From Phaeosaccion multiseriatum (Eukaryota > Protista > Ochrophyta, other classes), in NCBI GenBank assembly GCA_965112735.1, contig OZ218959.1, positions 62,001 through 126,000 on the forward strand: DNA of 64,000 bases, in the 5' to 3' direction. This document shows, piece after piece, positions 59,313 through 64,000 of this stretch. The notes beneath the pieces are model-generated. The model saw only the letters and a list, made by a program, of their open reading frames with translations. It had not been told where the DNA came from and did no database searches. The position numbers were made by a program, and so were the translations under genes. How positions within the stretch are numbered: the first letter of the stretch is position 1; every line of letters begins with the position of its first letter.

Positions 59313-61508
59313 ATGTTGACGGGTGTTGCCACGGAATGGCTGCGGCGCATGGACCAGCTGCGGACTCAGGCGCTGGTCCTGTTCGGATGCATGATGCTCT
59401 CCGTGGACTTCCTCAACCCGATCAAGGTCAGTCCTCTGTAGCGCTTCTCTAATCCCTCCAAGTGTCTCTTGATTGATTGATGAGCAGACCCCGAGCCCTT
59501 TCCTTTCCATGCCCGTCCACAGCAGCAGCAGAGGGGGCTGTGACTGGTCTGGTGCTTGTCAAGGGTCACAGCAAGTAACCCCGCCCCCTCTTCGTAGCTT
59601 GAGCCCTGCCCTACAGATGATGGACTTTCTCACACCCGCTTTACACACACAGTGACCAACACACAAAACACACACACAGTGACCAACACACAACCGAAAC
59701 ACAGCAGCACGGAGATGCAATAGATTATAAACCCAACCAATCCCCCCCTTCCCTTCCTCCCCCCTGCAGCTGGCCACGGACGTGCTGGGCATCCCCCGGC
59801 ACTACGCGCTGTACCCCTTCGCCGCCATGTGGCTGTACCTGCTGGCCACGCAGTTCACGGATTTTGTGTACTTCGCCATCCGCACCTTCTTCGTCAACGT
59901 CATGTCCATTTTCTTCAGCCGCATCGACATCATCGGCCACTCCAACATCCCCGCCAAGGGCCCCGTCATCTTCACAGGCAACCACGCGAATCAGTACATT
60001 GACGCCATCCAGGTGGGTGGGTGCATGCGTGGGTGGGGCGTGGGAGCAAAGGCGTGGGTGCAACGCGGGTTGGGGCGGGGCGGAGAAAGACCTGGTATCA
60101 GTAAGTACCTGGTGTCCGCAGTCTGACCTTTGTGTCAGTAAGTGCCTGGTGTCAGCGAGTGCCGGGTGTCAGGCGGTCCGTCGGGTAAGCCGATAGCCGC
60201 CCAATGCACAGCCTGAATGAATTGACTGAAAGTGCCCCCCCTCGCTACCGCAGGTCATGACGAACTGCGGCCACAAGGTGAGCTTCCTCATCGCCCAAAA
60301 GTCGTACGAGACCCCTGTGGTGGGAGACTTTGCACGAATGATCTCCTGTCTGCCCATCATGAGACCCCAAGACGCAGCCATTAAGATGCCCGCCGACCAG
60401 ACCATCACGGCAGAGGGGAGCGCCGTCACCGGGGTCAACACGCAGTTCACCAAGGTGCGAGGGGGGTGGGGGGTGAGGAGGGGGAGGGGGAGGAGGGGGA
60501 GGAGGAGGAGAACGAGAGAGCATCCTGCAGCTTACCTTCCATCCCTTTTTGCACAAGAGGAGCTGAGCACTGACTGGCGAGCCCTGCTGTCCACTGCCAT
60601 CCACCTGCCATCCCCTCCCTCCCCCCCTGCACTAGATTCTCGCTGCGGGCGACAAGATGCGCTTCAAGGGGGATCCCGAGCAGTACAAGGTCAAGGAGGT
60701 GCAGTCGGACACGCAGCTGTCCTTCGTGGAGCCGGTGGAGGAGTTCCAGGAGAAGGCCTTGAAGGGGGAAAGCAACTTCGAGGTCCTCAAGTGAGTCGAG
60801 ACGGGGGGAGTGCCGGACAGGGACAGAGGAGGGAGGAGAACAGGGTGGCAGCGGATGGTGGAAGGAAGGGCGAGGCTTGCTTGTGGTGACTGTCGAGGAA
60901 ATGGACTTAGCGGGCTGGGTACCCGAGGGGGGAGGGAGGGGTCCTGACACCTGACATATAGGCGAAGAGTCGGGGTAGGTATATACTTAGAACTGAGTAG
61001 TTTGTTACCAACAGTCGGGGTAGGTAGTCCTATCCGCAAATAGGCCGACTGACCAATGGCACGCTGCTGCTCTCATCCCCTGTCCGACACCCTTGATTCG
61101 ATGCCTTCCCTCCCTTCCCCTTCCCTGTAGGTACGTGAACCAAAAGAAGGTGTACAGCAAGGTACACGACGCCCTCAGGGCAGGGGGGGCGTTGGGGGTG
61201 TTTCCGGAAGGGGGCTCGCACGACCGAACGGATCTGCTGCCGCTCAAGGTCAGTTGGGGAGGGGGGGGGAGGTGGGGGGAGGTGTATGGAGTTGTGGAAA
61301 TGTCAGTAGCCCCTCTGCCCTGACCTTCGCTTGACTATGAAGTCAATGAATATACCCATTGCTATTATGTCAATGAATATACACCCTCGCTTCGCTTGTT
61401 GGTCGGATGCGCCGGGGCAGAGCCCTACTTGCCCTACTTGTGCTGACATAATACGGTGCGACTCGTGTGCGTGTGTGTGTGCGTGTGTGTGTATGTGTGT
61501 GTGTATGT

Positions 61509-61552
<44 letters not shown>

Positions 61553-64000
61553 AGGTGGGGCTGGCCATCATCGCCTTCGGCAGCATGGAGCGCGACGGGC
61601 TCAACGTGCCCGTGGTGCCCATCGGCCTGAACTACTACCGGGGACACAGATTCAGGGGTAGGGCCGTCGTCGAGTTCGGACCACCCATCTCCATCAGGTG
61701 CGTGCGTGCGTGCGTGCGTGCGTCCGCCGTGTCCGGGTGGGAGGTCACTGATTTCACTCTTTCACTCACCGACTTACTTACTCACTCACTCACTCCCTCG
61801 CCGACTCTCTCTCCCTCCCTCCCTCCCTCCCTCCCTCCCCCCTCCTCCTCAGCGACGAGCTCTTCGCTCTCTACAAGGAGGACAGGCGCGAGGCATACAC
61901 GCAGTTCATGCTTCAGGTGGGTGGACCACGCCATGTGCGCCACTCAGTCCCTCCCTCACTCACTCACTCACTCACTCACTCCCCCCCTTACTAAATCACT
62001 CACTCACTCACTCACTCCCCCCCCTCCCTGTATGACCAACAGGTGGAGCACGCCATGCGCGGCTGCATCGTGACGGCTCCTAACTACGACACCATGCAGA
62101 TGCTGTACATGGCCAGAAGACTGTTTCAGAAGGAGCGCCTGTCTCCACAGGCCAAGCAGGACCTCAACAGGCGCTTCGCAGAGGGGTACAAGATACTCAT
62201 CAGCATTGTGAGGCATTGTGGAGCGTGGCGCTAGGGATAGAGGGAGGAAGATGTGTGGCTCCTTGTCTCCTTAGGGATAGAGGGAGGAAGATGTGTGGCT
62301 CCTTGTCTCCTTAGGGATAGAGGGAGGAAGACGTGTGGCTCCTTGTCTCCTTAGGGATAGAGGGAGGAAGATGTGTGGCTCCTTGTCTCCTTAGACTTGA
62401 CTTGCCCACCACCAGATGTGTGGCCTACTCGCCTGCTTGTGCGATGCACTCACCCCTCTCTGTCTGCTGTGCGAATGTCGAATGTTTGGGAACTTGTCTG
62501 TGAGCAGTTTGCGCAGAAGGGAGGGGAGGCTGCCGCCGCCGCTGGTGCTGCTGCGGGTGCTGCTGCGGCTGCGAACGGACACGACGAGTACCACTGCGAG
62601 GTGGAGAAACAACGCGCCATGGAGGAGGAGGCCGCCAAGTGAGTGTTGGGGTTAGGGGGTAGTGGGGGCCCAAACTAGTGGGGGCCCATAGTAGTGCCCA
62701 TAGTGGTGCCCATAGTAGTGCCCATAGTAGTGCCCATAGTAGTGTCCATAGTAGTGCCCTCCGTCGAGCTCAAGCTCTACAAAGGCGGCCAGTCCTATGG
62801 GCAGGGGAAGGGGAAGGGGCAGGGGAAGGGGCGGGCAGGCGTATGAGCGTAGGATGCTCGGCAAAGAGATGCGAGAGGGAGGCACTGCGACTGCCTGCGT
62901 GTGTGCGTATGTGCGTGTATGTGCGTGTGTGTGCGCGTGCGTGCTCCGTGCCCCACTCTGTATGTGGCAGCACTGTACGTGGCAGCACGCTCACCGCCGC
63001 TCCCCCCCCCCCCTAAGGTACATGCCGGCAGATGCGCGAGGGCTCCGAGACGACATCCACGCCTACCGAGCCAAGCTCAGCAAAGCAGGGCTCAGGGACC
63101 ATCAGGTCAGCCGTTTCACACCCTCTCTGTCTCGCACACACACCATTACATCCTCTTTGTGTCTCTCTCACACCCTCTCTGTGGCTCTCCCTCCATCTCA
63201 CACACACACTCTCTCTCACACGCTCTCCCCCCCACCATATACTGCCATCTCACCAGGTGCCCACGATCGGGCGCATCTCCATCTTCCGCACCATCTACAC
63301 GCTGCTGCACCTCCTTGTGGTTGGCGCGCTTACCCTGTTCCCGTCCCTCATCCTCAACGCACCCGTGGGCCTCATTGCGAGGTGTGTCATGTGGTGTATC
63401 ACCAACTGATGTGTCGTTGGCATTGTCACAGGGCATGGCACGCGTTGCTTTGCTGTGTTCCCTCCTCCCTCCTCGATGGTTTGGCTCTGACCCTTCGTGT
63501 GTTCCTCTTCATCCTCCCCTCCCGTGGCTGCCCTCCCCCTGCCCCCGCTTGCCTCCCCTTGCCTCCCCTTGCCCCCCCCCCCCCCGTCCCTTCAGGATTC
63601 TTGCTGCCCAGGAGCGCAAGAAGGCTCTGGCTGGATCTGTGGTGAAGATCGCGGGAAGGGACGTGATGATGTCTAAGAAGGTGAGGTCATTTGTCGACAC
63701 CTCCGCCTCTTTCTCCGTGTATGTGTCTGTATCTCTCTCTATCTCCCTCTCGCCCCTCTCTCTTTTCTAAGAGCTATCTGCAGCAATCTAGAGCTGTGTA
63801 TTCTACTCTCTGTCCCTCTCTTCCGTCCCTCTTGTATCTCTCAGGTGGTCATCTCTATCGTGCTGGTGCTGTGTATTCTACTCTCTCTCTCTCACTCTTC
63901 TCTATCTTCTTGTATCTCTCAGGTGGTCATCTCTATCGTGCTGGTGCCTCTGCTGTGGGCCTTGTACGCCGTGCTGCTCTTCACGCTGTCTCCGTGGGAC
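59313..64000 (+). CDS. Glycerol-3-phosphate O-acyltransferase (SCT1/GPT2-type), 3' truncated by the window
   Basis: Motifs GPVIFTGNHANQYID (HX4D), VFPEGGSHDRTDLLPLK, VVPIGLNYYRGHRFRGRAVVEFG, VTAPNY and ALAGSVVKIAGRDV. Confidence 0.9.
62232..62394. repeat. Intronic 40 bp minisatellite x4
   Basis: TAGGGATAGAGGGAGGAAGATGTGTGGCTCCTTGTCTCCT tandem copies. Confidence 0.92.
62682..62758. repeat. Intronic 12 bp tandem repeat (GCCCATAGTAGT) x6
   Basis: Direct tandem array. Confidence 0.88.

Noticed and set aside
1-64000. tRNA, rRNA or other ncRNA genes
   Set aside because: None recognised by eye. tRNAscan-SE/Infernal would be needed to exclude them.

Overview
Gene-dense, GC-rich, intron-rich eukaryotic nuclear DNA with GT-AG introns that are packed with micro- and minisatellites. 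Two proteins carry signal peptide + ASAFAP-like (F/W at +1) bipartite leaders, which suggests a photosynthetic stramenopile (ochrophyte); this is an inference. About 16 genes are supported. They are a plastid-type Hsp90, a twin-CX9C COA4-like protein, a Q-rich protein with an eIF4E-binding-like motif, listerin/LTN1, an intronless WRKY19-like zinc-finger + ankyrin gene, an FkbM methyltransferase, a TPR-SGNH protein, an intronless PPR protein, a GNAT, an ATP-grasp (ST-type) protein, a CSDE1/UNR-like protein with R3H and SUZ-C, a GPAT (SCT1/GPT2-type, truncated by the window end) and several hypothetical genes. Most genes sit in head-to-head pairs. The most unusual signal is a small family of short motifs (TGTATCACCAACTG, ATGGCAGTGGATGG, GCCCATATGCC, ACAGATGGC). 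They recur throughout introns and inside unrelated coding sequences in different frames and strands, resembling prokaryotic HIP1/uptake-sequence imprinting. Exon boundaries were inferred by eye and motif counts are manual.
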